Shown here: positions 47,423-59,316 of the stretch, one piece after another
Numbering within the stretch: position 1 is the stretch's first letter
How the letters are laid out: each line of letters begins with the position of its first letter
Assembly (NCBI GenBank): GCA_964019335.1
Contig: OZ025731.1
Span: forward strand, 310,001-374,000
Direction: 5' to 3'
DNA length: 64,000 nt
Source of the DNA: Diplonema japonicum
Lineage: Eukaryota; Protista; Euglenozoa: Diplonemea
Position numbers and translations under genes: made by a program
The notes under the pieces: generated by a model
Databases searched by the model: none
What the model was told of the DNA's origin: nothing
The model's input: the letters and a program-made list of their open reading frames with translations, nothing else

Positions 47423-47438
47423 CCGAATGAGGAGAAGG

Positions 47439-47480
<42 letters not shown>

Positions 47481-47565
47481 ACTTCCGTGGTTCTTAAGGA
47501 ATCAAGAAGATAAAAAAAAGGGGGGGGAGGGATAATGATGAAATTCTACTTTGAACTTTAAAAAT

Positions 47566-48244
47566 AACTATTTATTAAATGAAAATAAGATTGCATTATT
47601 TCACGCGTGGTGGCAGGGGGTTTAACGAGAGAGGATCTTACTTCACGAGCGAAGCGAGTGCAGTAATAATTTCGAGTTAAACCCGCCAAGTGAAATAATG
47701 CACTTATTTTCATTTAATATGTTGTTTTATTTAATAAGAGCCAGGTTTGAAAGGGTGGGAGGTAACAGGTGCAGGGCACAGGTTACAAGAAGAAATCAAA
47801 ACTGAGAGGCAGCAAAAAAGGTTGGGTATTACAAGCTACAAGGGATTTCAAGTTACCAGTTCTCGTTAGTTCTAACATTTATGTTGATGTCGAGGCTTAT
47901 CCTGTGCATCGCTACCGCTGGAACCATCTGAGGTTGCATGTATGGTGGATGCGGGGGCCCACTGCAGAATCTTGATTCTGGGATGGGTTGAGCAGACTGA
48001 CTAGCACCCCTGTGACGTGTAATCCTCCCCATCGCCTTAGGCTTTCTTCCCATAGTTTTCTGTGTTTCTAGGGAGTTTGGCTTAAAATAGGTGCAGGAGT
48101 GACATAATGTAACATTATAACACTCCTGTACATTATGTCACTCCTGGGCCTTATTTCTCTATAAGCTGGGAGTGAATATAATGTTGAGCGTGATATAAAG
48201 TGAAATATTATTTTCACTCCCACCCTTGAAAACCCGTCTCGAAT

Positions 48245-48250
<6 letters not shown>
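47566..48250 (-). mobile_element. Crypton-like non-autonomous element, reverse copy of 55233-55944
   Basis: Both ends align in reverse complement to 55233-55944; internal part differs. Confidence 0.8.
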
Positions 48251-48282
<32 letters not shown>

Positions 48283-48725
48283 GCTGCATTCCATAATCCC
48301 CCCCTTCCCTGGGGGTTAGGCATATTCGTGCAAAAATTTCAAATTACTTCTTTTTTTTTTTATTTTTCTTTTTCTTTTTCTTTTTTTTTTTTATAATTCA
48401 AAAAGCAATACCGGGTTTGGTGGACTTGATATGGAACGGAAAAAATACTTTTTTTTCCCGCTTGCATATTAAGCCCAAGTGTGGTATGGTTTAAAAAAAA
48501 AAAAAAAAATGATATACGTAATAAACTTGAATCTGCAGGTTTGTTACCTTTTTGCGCAAGTTTTACCATATTATTTTTTTGTTCTCCCTTTGTTTTCCCC
48601 TTTATATAGTACAGAACTACGGTGCATGCCCCCCCCTCCCTTCCCCATTTCCTTTCTATACTTTTCTTTTTTTTCTTCTTCTTATTTCGATTCTTACTTT
48701 ATCGCAGGAGCTAATGTAGAACAGG

Positions 48726-48773
48726 GGCTTCTTAAGAGACAGGTTCTATGTAGAACCTGGCTCTTAAAAAGCC
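48726..48773. repeat. 23-bp-arm hairpin, probably a TE fragment
   Basis: ggcttcttaagagacaggttcta-tg-tagaacctggctcttaaaaagcc, 21/23 pairs. Confidence 0.7.
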
Positions 48774-49121
48774 TTATTCACAGTGCATCAAGCAACAGTG
48801 GATGGGAACGGGGTGCCTGATAGAGACAGTATAAGAACGAGAACCTGCTTTTTTTTACGGTGCTAGAAAAGAATTTCCCTAAAATTGTCTTTTTTTTTTT
48901 TTTTTTTTCCTCCTCTTTTCATTCTTCTTCTTTTCTTTCACTTCCTCTTCTTTTTTTTTTTGTTGCTCTCCCTCGCCAAAAAAAAAAAAAAAAAAAAAAC
49001 CCACGTTTCTTATCACAGGTTGGTCTCAAAGCTTAAGAGTGGATAGCAGCAACGTGGGGGGCCTCCCGAGGGCCCCCCAGTGAAAAAGAACCTGACACTC
49101 TACAACGACGTGGAGCAACCG

Positions 49122-52108
49122 ATGGTGGTCTCGAAAGGAAAGAAAGGTGGCAAGGGGATGAAAAGGGGCAAGGGAGGCAAGGGCACAAAGCCACTTCCAA
49201 GGAAGCAGAAAGTGGAGAAAATCGATGATGAAGAAAAGCCCGAGATTATCCCCGACACGATCCCGGAACCGGTGGTGATAACAATGGGCGGTTTCGAGCT
49301 TCCGAAAAGGAGGACAGTGCCCCCGAAGCCGGGTGTTATATTTCCTTCGGGGCCTGTTAGGAGAAAGGTACCGCCTAAGGCTGCACCTCTACCGTGTTTT
49401 TCAGACGATGATGAGCCACCCACAACTGCACCGTCGACCACATTGACAACAACGTCCACGATGACTACCGCGACTATTGCGACGACCGCGAGCAGCACAT
49501 CATCTTCACGAGTTCGAAAAAAACCGGTTTGCAACCCACTCCCTCCTGAAGTGTGGCAGGACGATCCACACCTTCCCCTTCACCTCACCGTTGCCACTGT
49601 TAATAAACCACCATCTCCGGAAATCGCTGTCGCAGCGGGTTGTGTTGCGGTTTTGGCGTGTGTGTCACCAGTCCCATGCGTTGATACGCATCCTTTACCT
49701 ATATTCTCGTTGAACGAGGGTGACGAGCATGAATGGGAGTTGAAAATTGAAACACCGGTTCCTAGAAGCAACTCACGGTGTTGGAAGAAGAAGAAGAAGA
49801 AGGCTAAGCCTGTCGACGATTGCTTCCCGACAGACGGGAGCCACCTCACCGTCGCGAACCCCGTCACCGACACAGGGCTTGAGGTCGACGTCTTCAGAGA
49901 GAACTGGCAGTGTTTCGACAGCATGCGGCCTCAGTTCAAGGTCTCGTCGCATGGCGCTGAACAATCGTCGTTTTTAATTCTAGACTCTCGTCGGTCAGGT
50001 CATTCCCCACAACCTGTTTACTCTGGTGTGTGGGGTGCCGACGACTCTGATGACGATGAACCTGGTATCCAGTATGATGATGTTTTGATGACTTCCGAGC
50101 TTATCGGACGTGGGGCGCAGGGTTCTGTGTTGAAGTGTTATCATCGGAAGACGCACAAGCCGCTCGCCATGAAGAAGATCGACCTTAACATGTACAAAAA
50201 GGACCAGCTCTGCATCGAGGCGCAAGGGAAACAGATCGCCAGGGAGCTGTCCATGCTGTTCGCGCACCACGAGAGCCAGCACCTCGTCAAGGTATTTTTT
50301 TTTTTTTTTTTGTTGAAAAAAAAAAAAAAAAAAAAAAAAAAACCAGTCCTACAACGCATTTTACCGCAGCAACTGTCTGCTTCTGTTGTTCGAGTACATG
50401 GACTGGTCTTTGGAACGTCTGCGGGACACCGTTTTAAAGTATTTCTTTTTTTTTGAAAGGTGGTGGGGATAACATGGAAATATAAGAAGTACATCAGATG
50501 TGTTGTTCGCTGTTGACCTCCTCGTCGGTCATCACCGGTAGCGCCCGAGTGGAAGAACGTAACGCAGATGCTCAGGGTGACGAACAGGCAGCAAACTGCA
50601 CGAGCGCAGAATCTTGGTCACCCGGTACGCCCCGGCTAGGGTTGAGCACACCGCACGCATTAAGGACACGACGCGGAACGCAGAAGAAGCTACTGCCCGG
50701 CCGAGGAGCGCCCCCTGTAATCAAGTAGGTAGTTCGTGCTTCATTGCACGCTACCTAGTGTTGCAATCAAAGCCCCATTTTTTTTTTTTTTTGTTACAAA
50801 TATTTATCTTTCAAAAAAATGATTTTATAACTATATGCAACTTGTGCCGAGCAAAAAACTTTCGCAGCTTTTTAAAAACCTTTTTTGCTCGTGCGAACAA
50901 CAAAGACATATAGTCATAAAGAATTATTTTTAACGGGAAACAAATTAAAAAAAAAAAATAATAGAATCCCGCCTGAGAAGCTTCAGGGCATCACGGCCAA
51001 GACGATGGCTCGCCCGAGCACAAAGAAACCAAAACGTCGCCACGCAGAGGACAAGCGTGTGGAGCCAAAGCAGCCCCCACAGTACATGCCGATCGGCGCG
51101 ACGCAAGGGCTGCAGAGGTTCGAGTCATCGACGTCAAGCATGATCACTTCCTCGGCAAGCCTGGAGGAAGCCGATGGAAGCAGCAACGGGGGCAGCCCAA
51201 GAAGCCCTTCAAGGAAGAAAAAACCAGGAAGCCCGAAACACAAAAGAGGCACACCGATCCCGGAACGGGTCATTACGGTCATCGCACACCAAATCCTTCT
51301 CGGCCTGACAGACCTCCACAGCTTGAAATACGGTGTTCTAGAGGGCGTTGTTCACAAAGACATCAAACCGGGCAACATTCTCATCAACATGAACGGGAAG
51401 GTTAAAATCGCTGATTTTGGATGCTGCTCGTTCATGAACTCCACGGGGAGTGTTCCCAATACACCTTTCAACGTCGGCACGCAGGCCTACATGGCGCCAG
51501 AACGGCACGCAAACGGGGAATATTGCGCATCAGCGGACATCTGGGCTTTGGGTGTCTCGTTGTTGGAGCTAGCGTGCGGGTGCCATCCTGTCCCGTCCAA
51601 AAGAACTGGTACTTGGCATGTTTTTCAAGAACCCAGTCACGGGAATCTACCGCTTGATTTAATATGGCCGGACGACGACTATGTGATGAGCAAAGGTTTC
51701 CGTGATTTTTTGGAGGCTTGCTTGCGGGTGGACCCGTCGGCAAGGCCGACCGCAGAGGAGCTGTTAGGGTACGAAATTTTCCAGTTTGAATTCGACCCGA
51801 GCAGGTTGGCGTTGTGGGTTCAGAAGGCGATGGAATATGAGCAGAAGCAGCGGACACAAGAGTCCCGTCTCGAAGCAAAAAAAATTTCGCGGTCACTAAC
51901 AGAAAACATTACCGCTACCGAGCGGGACATAATGGGGTACAGTCATGTGAGCTCGATGGCTTGGAAGCAGTTCGGGCCGTTCAGTGCTTCCTTGCCGCAA
52001 CCGAATCCGAACGACCTCGATGCCTTCCCGCCTTTGGGTGTGACGTGTAAGAAGGAGATTTTCAGCAACTTCCCGCAAACCCGCAGCCAAGGTCAAGGTT
52101 GTGAGTGA
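49122..52108 (+). CDS. MAP kinase kinase (STE7)-like protein kinase, 3 exons
   Basis: IGRGAQGSV, LAMKKI, SYNAFY..FEYMD, HKDIKPGN, DFG, GTQAYMAPER, ADIWALG; introns 50292-50346 and 50439-50964. Confidence 0.88.
50457..50930. repeat. Intronic composite repeat insertion
   Basis: Lies within the kinase intron; matches 12812-13074 (part inverted) and 36538-36576. Confidence 0.85.
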
Positions 52109-52162
52109 CACTTATACATTGTGATAAAAGAAAATGAGGGGGGGAAGCAAAAAAAAAAAGGA

Positions 52163-52381
52163 TTTTATTTCACGGCACTCTGAAGCATTACTTTCACCGC
52201 CGATTAGGTAGTTCCCAGCTCAGCTCTTTCTTGTACTCCTGTACATGAGGGACAGTTGGGTCGGTCTTACCTTTCTGGTACTTTGTTATATTTACCTAAG
52301 ATTTATTACTTTCACGGGAGACGGGCCATTAGTTCACCGTGAGGTCCCTGAGTGCGTGCAGTAATTTCAGAAGAGTGAAAT
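52163..52381 (-). mobile_element. Truncated member of the 57916/62357 family
   Basis: ttttatttcacggcactctgaa..ttcacc at the start and agtgcgtgcagtaatttcagaagagtgaaa at the end. Confidence 0.75.
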
Positions 52382-52903
52382 GTCTTTTAAAAAAAAAAAA
52401 AAAAAAAAGTGTGTGTCCCCCCCCCCCCCCCCCCCCGATCTCCCCCTTTTTTTAAGTTGTGAGCAGCAGTCACAACAAACACCAAAAAAGTTTAGAAGAA
52501 AGAGTTTTTGAAAAATGAGAAAAAAAAAAAGAATAAAATTAAAAAGCAAGGAACGCGGGAGAGCCTTGAGTGTGCTAGAATGGGAGAAAAAAAAAGGGGG
52601 GGAAGGCAAGAATTATATTAAAAAAAAGGAGGAAGAAAAGTTCCCACCTCACCCTTCAAGTTTAAATGCAAAATACCGGATTTTTAAGAAGTCACCTCTG
52701 TCGGTCAGGATTTTTTTAATTTATTTTTTTTAAATGGAAAATGGATAACTCTTCCGTCACTCAAAAGCCTCCCCACATGCGTACAACGAAGAAAAAAGAA
52801 AGAAAAAAAGGAAGAAAGAAAACACTTTAAAAAAAAAAGAAGAAAAAAGAAAGGGTGAAAGTATTACAGAAAACAATGTGTGCATTGTCTTCTTCTGTTT
52901 TTT

Positions 52904-52944
52904 GGCGATCCTGTCACATACTGCAGGTTCCCTTCAAAGACATC
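52904..52944. repeat. 41-bp dispersed T-flanked element, copy 2
   Basis: Identical to 10580-10620. Confidence 0.9.
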
Positions 52945-54119
52945 TTTTTTTTTCTCTTTTTTTTTTTTGGTCCATTCATGGGATGGTCTCATTTCCCCAT
53001 TTGCCCTTTTTTTCAAAATATTTTTCTCTTGGTTTTTTTGAGTCATTTTGGGCGCCTGACACCGTGTGGACACCGCTCTCCTGCCTCGTGTAATGAATGG
53101 ACTGACCTTCTTCGTTTAGTTCCAGTGCCATTACAGGAGTGTAGATTTTGGGCACGCAATTTTTTCTTTTTTTTTTTTCACCCCCTAACCTTTTTTGAGC
53201 CATCACAGTCAGAAAAACATAAGAAGAAAAAAGAAAAAAAAAAGAAAGAAAGAAAAGAAAAGAAAAGATCCACCCGGAGGGGAGTGGGGGAGGGAGGAGA
53301 GCTATTCCGTAAATCTTTTTTTTTTTCTCTTCTATTTATTATTTTTGCTGAGCGGGCTATTGGTGGAGACAAAAAAAAAGGGATATAATTTTTTTTTTTT
53401 CCCCCCAGAGGATTTGAGAGGGGTGGGGGAAAAAAAAGGGGAAAAAGAAAGATAAGATAGGGATCTTTCATGACCTTTGTAGAGGGTTTGTATTCATCAA
53501 AAGATAGCGTCCCCAGAGGGAAAAAAAACCCCCAGGGAAAAAAAAAAGAAATGCATGTCACCCCAAGCCTGCCTTGTTTTTCTTGTGTCCTCTCTCTCCC
53601 TTTTAATAGAATTAGAAAAAAAAAAAAATTAAGAATAAGAAACTGACGGTTCTTTTTTTTTTTTTTTTGGTTTCCTCTTATTCTCCCCTCTTTGTATGTG
53701 AGGTTGTAGCTTTTGTTCTTCCTTGTAGGCTCCGGTATCAAGGGAGAGTGCCCCTGTGGTTGTAGCTTTTTTTTTTTTTCTTACTTTCCTTTTTTTTTCT
53801 TAGCCCCCTCCCCTCCCCCCATCCTTTATTTATTCTTCGTATGGTCTGCAAACAGTCACTGGGTTCCGTTACAAGAAGGGGAAAAAAAATTGAAAAAAAA
53901 ATCTTTTTCTTTTTTTCTTTTCTTCCCGTCCCCCCCCCCCCATTTCCCCCACCCGTTTCTCCCAAAAAAAAAAAGATTACGGAAACACAACAACAACAAA
54001 AAAAAAAAAAAACCGCACAACACACTCACCCTTTTTTTCTTTTTTTTTTTCTTTTTTTCCTTTCTTTTCTTCTTTTTCGTCTTCTTGTTTTATTATTTTT
54101 TTTTTCTTTTGCCTCTCTG

Positions 54120-54341
54120 CATAGACCGAAGTCATTATGAGTCACAGGCCGATTGCCAAAATTATAGCAAAAACATCTTGAAAGAAAGCTTACACACATA
54201 CGGTTGTGCTTGTAGAGACCCGGTAGTTACAGTAGACCCCCATCCGTCCGGGTCTATTTCTTTCTGCGTCCGGGAGTTTGTCCGTCCGGGAATTTTTCTT
54301 GAGGGCCCTCTGGGCTTAAGAAAAACTGACTTCGGTCTATG
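54120..54341. mobile_element. MITE with CATAG termini and ~6-bp TSD
   Basis: 15-bp TIR catagaccgaagtca/tgacttcggtctatg; flanks tctctg/tctcta. Confidence 0.8.
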
Positions 54342-54402
54342 TCTCTATTAAAAAAAAAAAAAAAAAAAAAAGAGAAAAAGGCGGAGGGTGAGGGGGGTGA
54401 AC

Positions 54403-55029
54403 ATGACCGTGCAGCTCGGGCTGCAAGTCTGGGCTGCCATCCTGCTTGTTGCTTCAGGTGCCTGTCCGGACAGTGACGACCTGTATACTTCGCATTCGGA
54501 GTGCGCAGGTAAATATGAGACAATCTCTGAGGCTGAGCTAGAGGACTGCAAGGACGTCATATGCAGCATAATACCAGAAGGGAAGTTTGCCAGAGCCAAC
54601 GCATCATCCATGGTGGTGGCTAGGGACAACCGCGGGGGCTGCTCCCTGTTACTCTGGGACGGTTTTGGAACCGCCGTTTTCGTCTGCAAAAACTACACCG
54701 AGCAAGCCCCCATCTCAACCCCTGAGGCACCCTCTTCAGGAAGCCCTCAAAAAAAGTTTTTATTCATCTTTGGTGTCGCAGGATGCAGCTTTCTCCTTCT
54801 ATTAGGTGTCTGGTTCATCACAAAGCAAGCTAGGCAAACGGGCTTGAAGGAGTACTCATACACAACGGGGAAGAGGAGGAAGGCTGAGATTATGGAGACC
54901 TTGAATGTAAACCGCTCACCGGGAACAGAGGGGACGGATCCTGAATCGTGCGAAACACGCACACCTCCAAATGTGTATGTTCACCCGGCGCACCCTTACA
55001 CGCGACAAGTTGCGGAAGAGGCGGAGTGA
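54403..55029 (+). CDS. Type I membrane protein with Cys-rich ectodomain
   Basis: Signal peptide, 6 Cys, TM FLFIFGVAGCSFLLLLGVWFI, cytosolic tail. Confidence 0.7.
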   Translation: MTVQLGLQVWAAILLVASGACPDSDDLYTSHSECAGKYETISEAELEDCKDVICSIIPEGKFARANASSMVVARDNRGGCSLLLWDGFGTAVFVCKNYTEQAPISTPEAPSSGSPQKKFLFIFGVAGCSFLLLLGVWFITKQARQTGLKEYSYTTGKRRKAEIMETLNVNRSPGTEGTDPESCETRTPPNVYVHPAHPYTRQVAEEAE

Positions 55030-55232
55030 AATTGTGTTTTTTTTTTTTTTTTTTTCTTCTTTTTTTTCGGATAGGAAAACAGAGGGAATGCGCGCCAAGG
55101 AGGATGTTTTTGAAACGTGTCCACCCGCATGTTACAGACGAATGGCTTCATGGTGCTGAATTTTCTCGTTTTTTTTTTTTCTTTGTACTTTTTTCCCTCT
55201 CTCTTCTATCCTCTGCCAAAAGCACTTTTTTT

Positions 55233-55944
55233 TATATAACTCAAGCCGGGTTTTCAAGGGTGGGAGTGAAAATAAGATTTACTTTATGTCACTCCAGCTT
55301 TATTTTCACTCCTAGTTTACCTTGAAATTAGGCCCAGGAGTGAAATAATGCTCGAGCGTGAAATAATGTAACATTATTTCACTCCTGGGCCTAATTCCAC
55401 CTATTCCCCGCAAGATCAACGCCATCATCCAACGAAACTTCGGTAAGAAAATGCAGAACTTTCCCAGGGTTGCACTTCTTTTGAAGAAGGCCATGAGGTG
55501 AAAAAAGCTTCGGTGTTTAGTCAGGAACAAATGAAAGAGTATCTGGCAATGAAATTCAGCGACAACATAGTGCGTCAGGCATATGCAGCTTGCATGTTTG
55601 CAAGTGGGATGAGGACAAAAGAGTCGCACAAACTGAAATTTAGCGACGGTGTATCTCCCACACGCTGTAACCCAAATCCCACTTTTCACTTGTTGTAACC
55701 CTGTAACCTCCCACCCTTTCAAACCCGGCTCTTGTTAAATAAAACAACTTATTAGTGAAAATAAGAGCATTTTATTCCACTTGTGGTGGCAGGTTTAACT
55801 CGTAGCTTTTTACTTCACTCGCTGCGCTCGTGAAGTAAACAGGATATTAGTTCACTCGCTTCGCTCGTGAACTAAGATCCCTACTCGTTAAACCCCCTAC
55901 CACGCGTGAAATAATGCTATCTTATTTTCACTTACTAAATAGCT
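55233..55944 (+). mobile_element. Crypton-like tyrosine-recombinase element remnant
   Basis: Asymmetric IR (55238-55267 / 55708-55737); terminal hairpins with ttcactcgctgcgctcgtgaa; YR fragment 55412-55650 KKASVFSQEQM..FASGMRTKESHKLKFSD. Confidence 0.8.
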
Positions 55945-56056
55945 TTTTTTTTCTTCCCCCTCCGCCTTTTATCTCCAATTGTGTTAGGCCCTCGTCGAAA
56001 ATGCCATTCAAATGCGTGGTCAAAATTGTCCTTTTGTTGCCGTTGGTCATGCGATC

Positions 56057-56090
<34 letters not shown>

Positions 56091-56326
56091 GAGTCTTTAT
56101 TTTCTTTTTTCTTCAGGAAGGTCTGTGCCAGGCGGAGTAGGCACAGGCAGACCTCTCAAAAACAAGGGGTAACATGGATTACATTTGATTTCGGAAAAAG
56201 AAGAAAAAAAAATGTCCCCCACTATGTCTGAGAGGTGGCGCCGCACAGGTCAGAAGCTCACTCCAATGTCATCTGACAATAATTCTTAACGTCAGAAAAT
56301 CGTTGTTGTGGTTTAAAAAAAAAAAG

Positions 56327-56367
56327 TGTAGGTGGAAACGGCTTGCACAAAAACAATCAGCTGACTC
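56327..56367 (+). repeat. 3' part of an empty cassette-acceptor element
   Basis: tgtaggtggaaacggcttgcacaaaaacaatcagctgactc closely matches the two flanks of the 21794-22117 cassette joined at one repeat. Confidence 0.8.
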
Positions 56368-56442
56368 TTTTTTGAGCCAGGGACGCTGTTTTCAGATATT
56401 CGTGCAATTTAAAAAAAAAAAAAGGAAAAAGAAAATGTGGTG

Positions 56443-56694
56443 TGCTAACTAAACCCCTATGTTTTAGAAAACCCCCAAGTTTCTAAATGCCCAAATTAGA
56501 CCCCTAGGCTTTAAAAGTTGCCGGATATGCAAAAGGGAGAGAGAAAAAAAAAACCCATTGGTGAAAAATCATGCCTTTGTGACCCAAGAATGCCCCAACA
56601 ACTACTGGGATTCTTGGTCACTCAAGTAAACCCTTTTGCCTGTCTGTGAGGGGGTTGGTTTTAAATTTTCCCAAACTTAGGGGTTTAGTTAGCA
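56443..56694. mobile_element. MITE with 17-bp inverted repeats
   Basis: tgctaactaaaccccta (56443-56459) / taggggtttagttagca (56678-56694). Confidence 0.75.
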
Positions 56695-57915
56695 GCTTTC
56701 TCAAAAAAAAAAAAAAAAGTAGACTTGTACTCTTTGTTATGACGAGAAAAAAAGTTTTTTTTTTTACTTTACCATTTGCTTTTTTTCTTCTCTTTGTTCG
56801 AGCGAAAAAATACCAAAGTGCGAGACGAGTTTACCCTATAATAATTTTTTTTTTTGTTCAGAGATCAGAATCATCTGATGAATGTTCTCAACTGGGGGGG
56901 GTCCCCCCAAAGTGGGGAAAGCAAGAGACAATTCTTTGGGTTCTAGGTCCTCTGTTTTTTTTTTCTTTTCTTTTCTTTTTTTTTTTTTGCAATTTTGAAA
57001 AAAAAAAAAAAAAATCGGCACTTTTTTTTTTCATTTTTACAGTATCAGCTATATTTTATCTTCACAAACGAATGATGAAAGAAATTAATTCTATGTCACC
57101 CCTGAAAATAAGGTTTTTTTTCTTTTTTTTTTTTTTACTTCCCCCCCTCCTTTTTTTTTTCACCCCCGTTCCACAACGGAAATTCAAAATCACAGGAGTA
57201 TTAAAAAAAAAAAAAGAGACACCCTTACAAGTGAAGTTTAAAAAAAAAAGGTCCCTACCCCCCCCTACCTCTTTGTGTTTTTTTTGTACTTTACGAATAT
57301 ACCTCTAAGTCCCGTTTTGACCCTTCGTTAGGCCCCCCGTCAAAAAAAATTGGATGAATCTTGTTGTAGACCCGGCTGATCGTGAAGCCAGTAGCAAACA
57401 AGCGGGGTGTCCTTTTGTTGCACGAACAACCATCTCCGACAGACACTGTTGAAGGCATTGGCGTCCGTCTTGATGAGGATCGCAAGATTGCTCAATGAGT
57501 AGAGATGTGGGGAAAAAAAAAAAAAAAAAAAAAAAGAGGGGACAAAAAGTTAATCTTTTCATTACCTTCGTCAACGTAGATTTCTTTTTTTTATATTTTT
57601 TGTTTTTTTGTTTTCTTTGAATGGAAAAAAAAAAAAAAAAAAAAAATGAAAAGTAGTAAAAATAAACGAAAAAAAAAGGGAAGCGAATTTTTATAGCCCG
57701 CCATCTGAATCCAGATTGGGAAAGAAGAGAACTAAAAAGGGGTGGGGGGGAAAATAAAAAAAAGAAAAAGAAAAAAAAACCTTATTTTATGAATTACATG
57801 CAGCCATGAATCGAAAAAGAAAAAAAAAAAAAAGATATTAGGACCTCCTCCTCCCCCATCTCCCCTAATTAGGCCATTAAAAAAACAAGAATACCAAATC
57901 GCCGACGAAAGTAAC

Positions 57916-58596
57916 AATAGCTATTTACTAACAAGTAATGACTTTACCGTTACCTCGAGGTCGGTAAAGCATTACTTGGCGGTAGGTAAGTGGTTTTATT
58001 TCACGACACTCTGAAATTACTTCACCACGAGGGGCACAACAGGGTGACAAGGGGTACAACAAGAGAGGGGTTACAAAGGTTACAATACAAGTTGTTTTCC
58101 CTCCTTTTGTTGACTAAGAGCTGCCGCTGCCGCTGGCATTGCCACTGTCACCATCTCTAATCAAGCCTTCCCATACCTGGCGCGGCCGCTGGCTCCTTTT
58201 TTTCTGCTGCTTCGGTATTTTGAAGTCATTTGGGGAGCTTGGGTAAGCTGACTAAGTTACCCTTACCCACAGAAGAGTTACCCCCAGAAACTGGGAACAA
58301 GGCCTAGCCAAAAGTGGGCAAATTGGGAGGAAAAAGTAGTCCAACTTGGAACTGAGCCGAGGCAAAAGTTGGCCAATTGAGCTGAACCTGGGGGGAAATA
58401 GCAAACTGGGAGGAAAAAGTAGCCCCACTGGGAACCGAACCGAGGCAAAAATTGGCCTACCGAGGCATATTATTTAACGGAAACCCCCTATTACTTCACG
58501 GAAAACAGGCCATTATTTCACCCGTGAAGTAATGAGATTTAGCGTGAAGTAATGGGCCCCCCAGTGCGTGAAGTAATTTCTGAAGAGTGAAATATA
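57916..58596 (-). mobile_element. Non-autonomous element with asymmetric subterminal IRs and terminal hairpin (Crypton/Helentron-like)
   Basis: Hairpin 57932-57978; IR 57999-58025 vs 58568-58592; near-identical ends at 62357-62697. Confidence 0.8.
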
Positions 58597-58638
58597 AAAA
58601 AAAAATTGCCATGGCATTATGGCTTTTTTTTTTTTTTT

Positions 58639-58928
58639 GCAAGAACGAGTCTTTGACTTGTCTAAACAAAAGGGGAACGTTGGCAACGTGTTTCGGGTTG
58701 ACAAACTTCTCCAGGTTTTACCCGGCACGTACAAACAAAATGACGGCACTAGACTGGGATGATCTGGTCCAATACGCGGACCTCGAGTACCCATCGGGAA
58801 GCACTCGCGCCCCTCACCTCGCGGATTGCATCTTCGAGGAGTGCGACACCTCGCACGGTGACACTGCGGTTCACTGTGCGAGGTGTGGCGCTAAAGGGCA
58901 GGCACGTACAAACAACGGCCAGTTCCTC
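58639..58928 (+). mobile_element. T-run-flanked short element loaded with a Cys/His mini-ORF cassette
   Basis: 15-bp direct repeats ggcacgtacaaacaa (58724-58738, 58901-58915) bracket ORF from ATG 58740: YPSG..AP..DC...CD..H....HCARCG. Confidence 0.8.
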
Positions 58929-59316
58929 TTTTTTCTTTCTTAACTCTAGTTTCCGAAGTTTTAACCCCCAACCCAACACACCCGTTAGAATCAATGGACG
59001 TGGTGTTCGATAACTTTTTTTTGTTTTGTTTTTTTTTGCTTTTTTTTTTTGTTCTTCAATCCCCCCTCCCCGTTCCGCAAATTCAATACTACTTTTTTTT
59101 CTTTTTCTTTTTTTTTTCCCCAGTTACATCACCACCCTTGCATTCGCTTTTGCTCTGTTTCCGACCCTTTACCCGTACAGAAAGCAGATGAACTACAGGG
59201 GGGATACCTTTACCCCCCCCCCCCCCCCCCCCCGTTTGGTTGTCCCAGGCTGAACACTGGACCAAAAAAAAAGGGGGGAAATAAAAGAAAGGGGGAAAAA
59301 AAAAGAGAAAAAAAAC

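Noticed and set aside
52855-54351. Several 100-210 aa F/K-rich ORFs (also 56646-57308, 61650-62139)
   Set aside because: Products of poly-T/poly-A runs; no motifs
57071-57105. ATGATGA...CTGA as a box C/D snoRNA
   Set aside because: Only ~35 nt between boxes; no D'/C' boxes or terminal stem
57350-57510. Coding-looking island
   Set aside because: + strand ORF is only ~30 aa and no frame has a motif
58724-58915. Repeat-spacer-repeat read as a CRISPR array
   Set aside because: Only two 15-bp repeats, a 162-bp coding-like spacer, no cas genes, eukaryotic context
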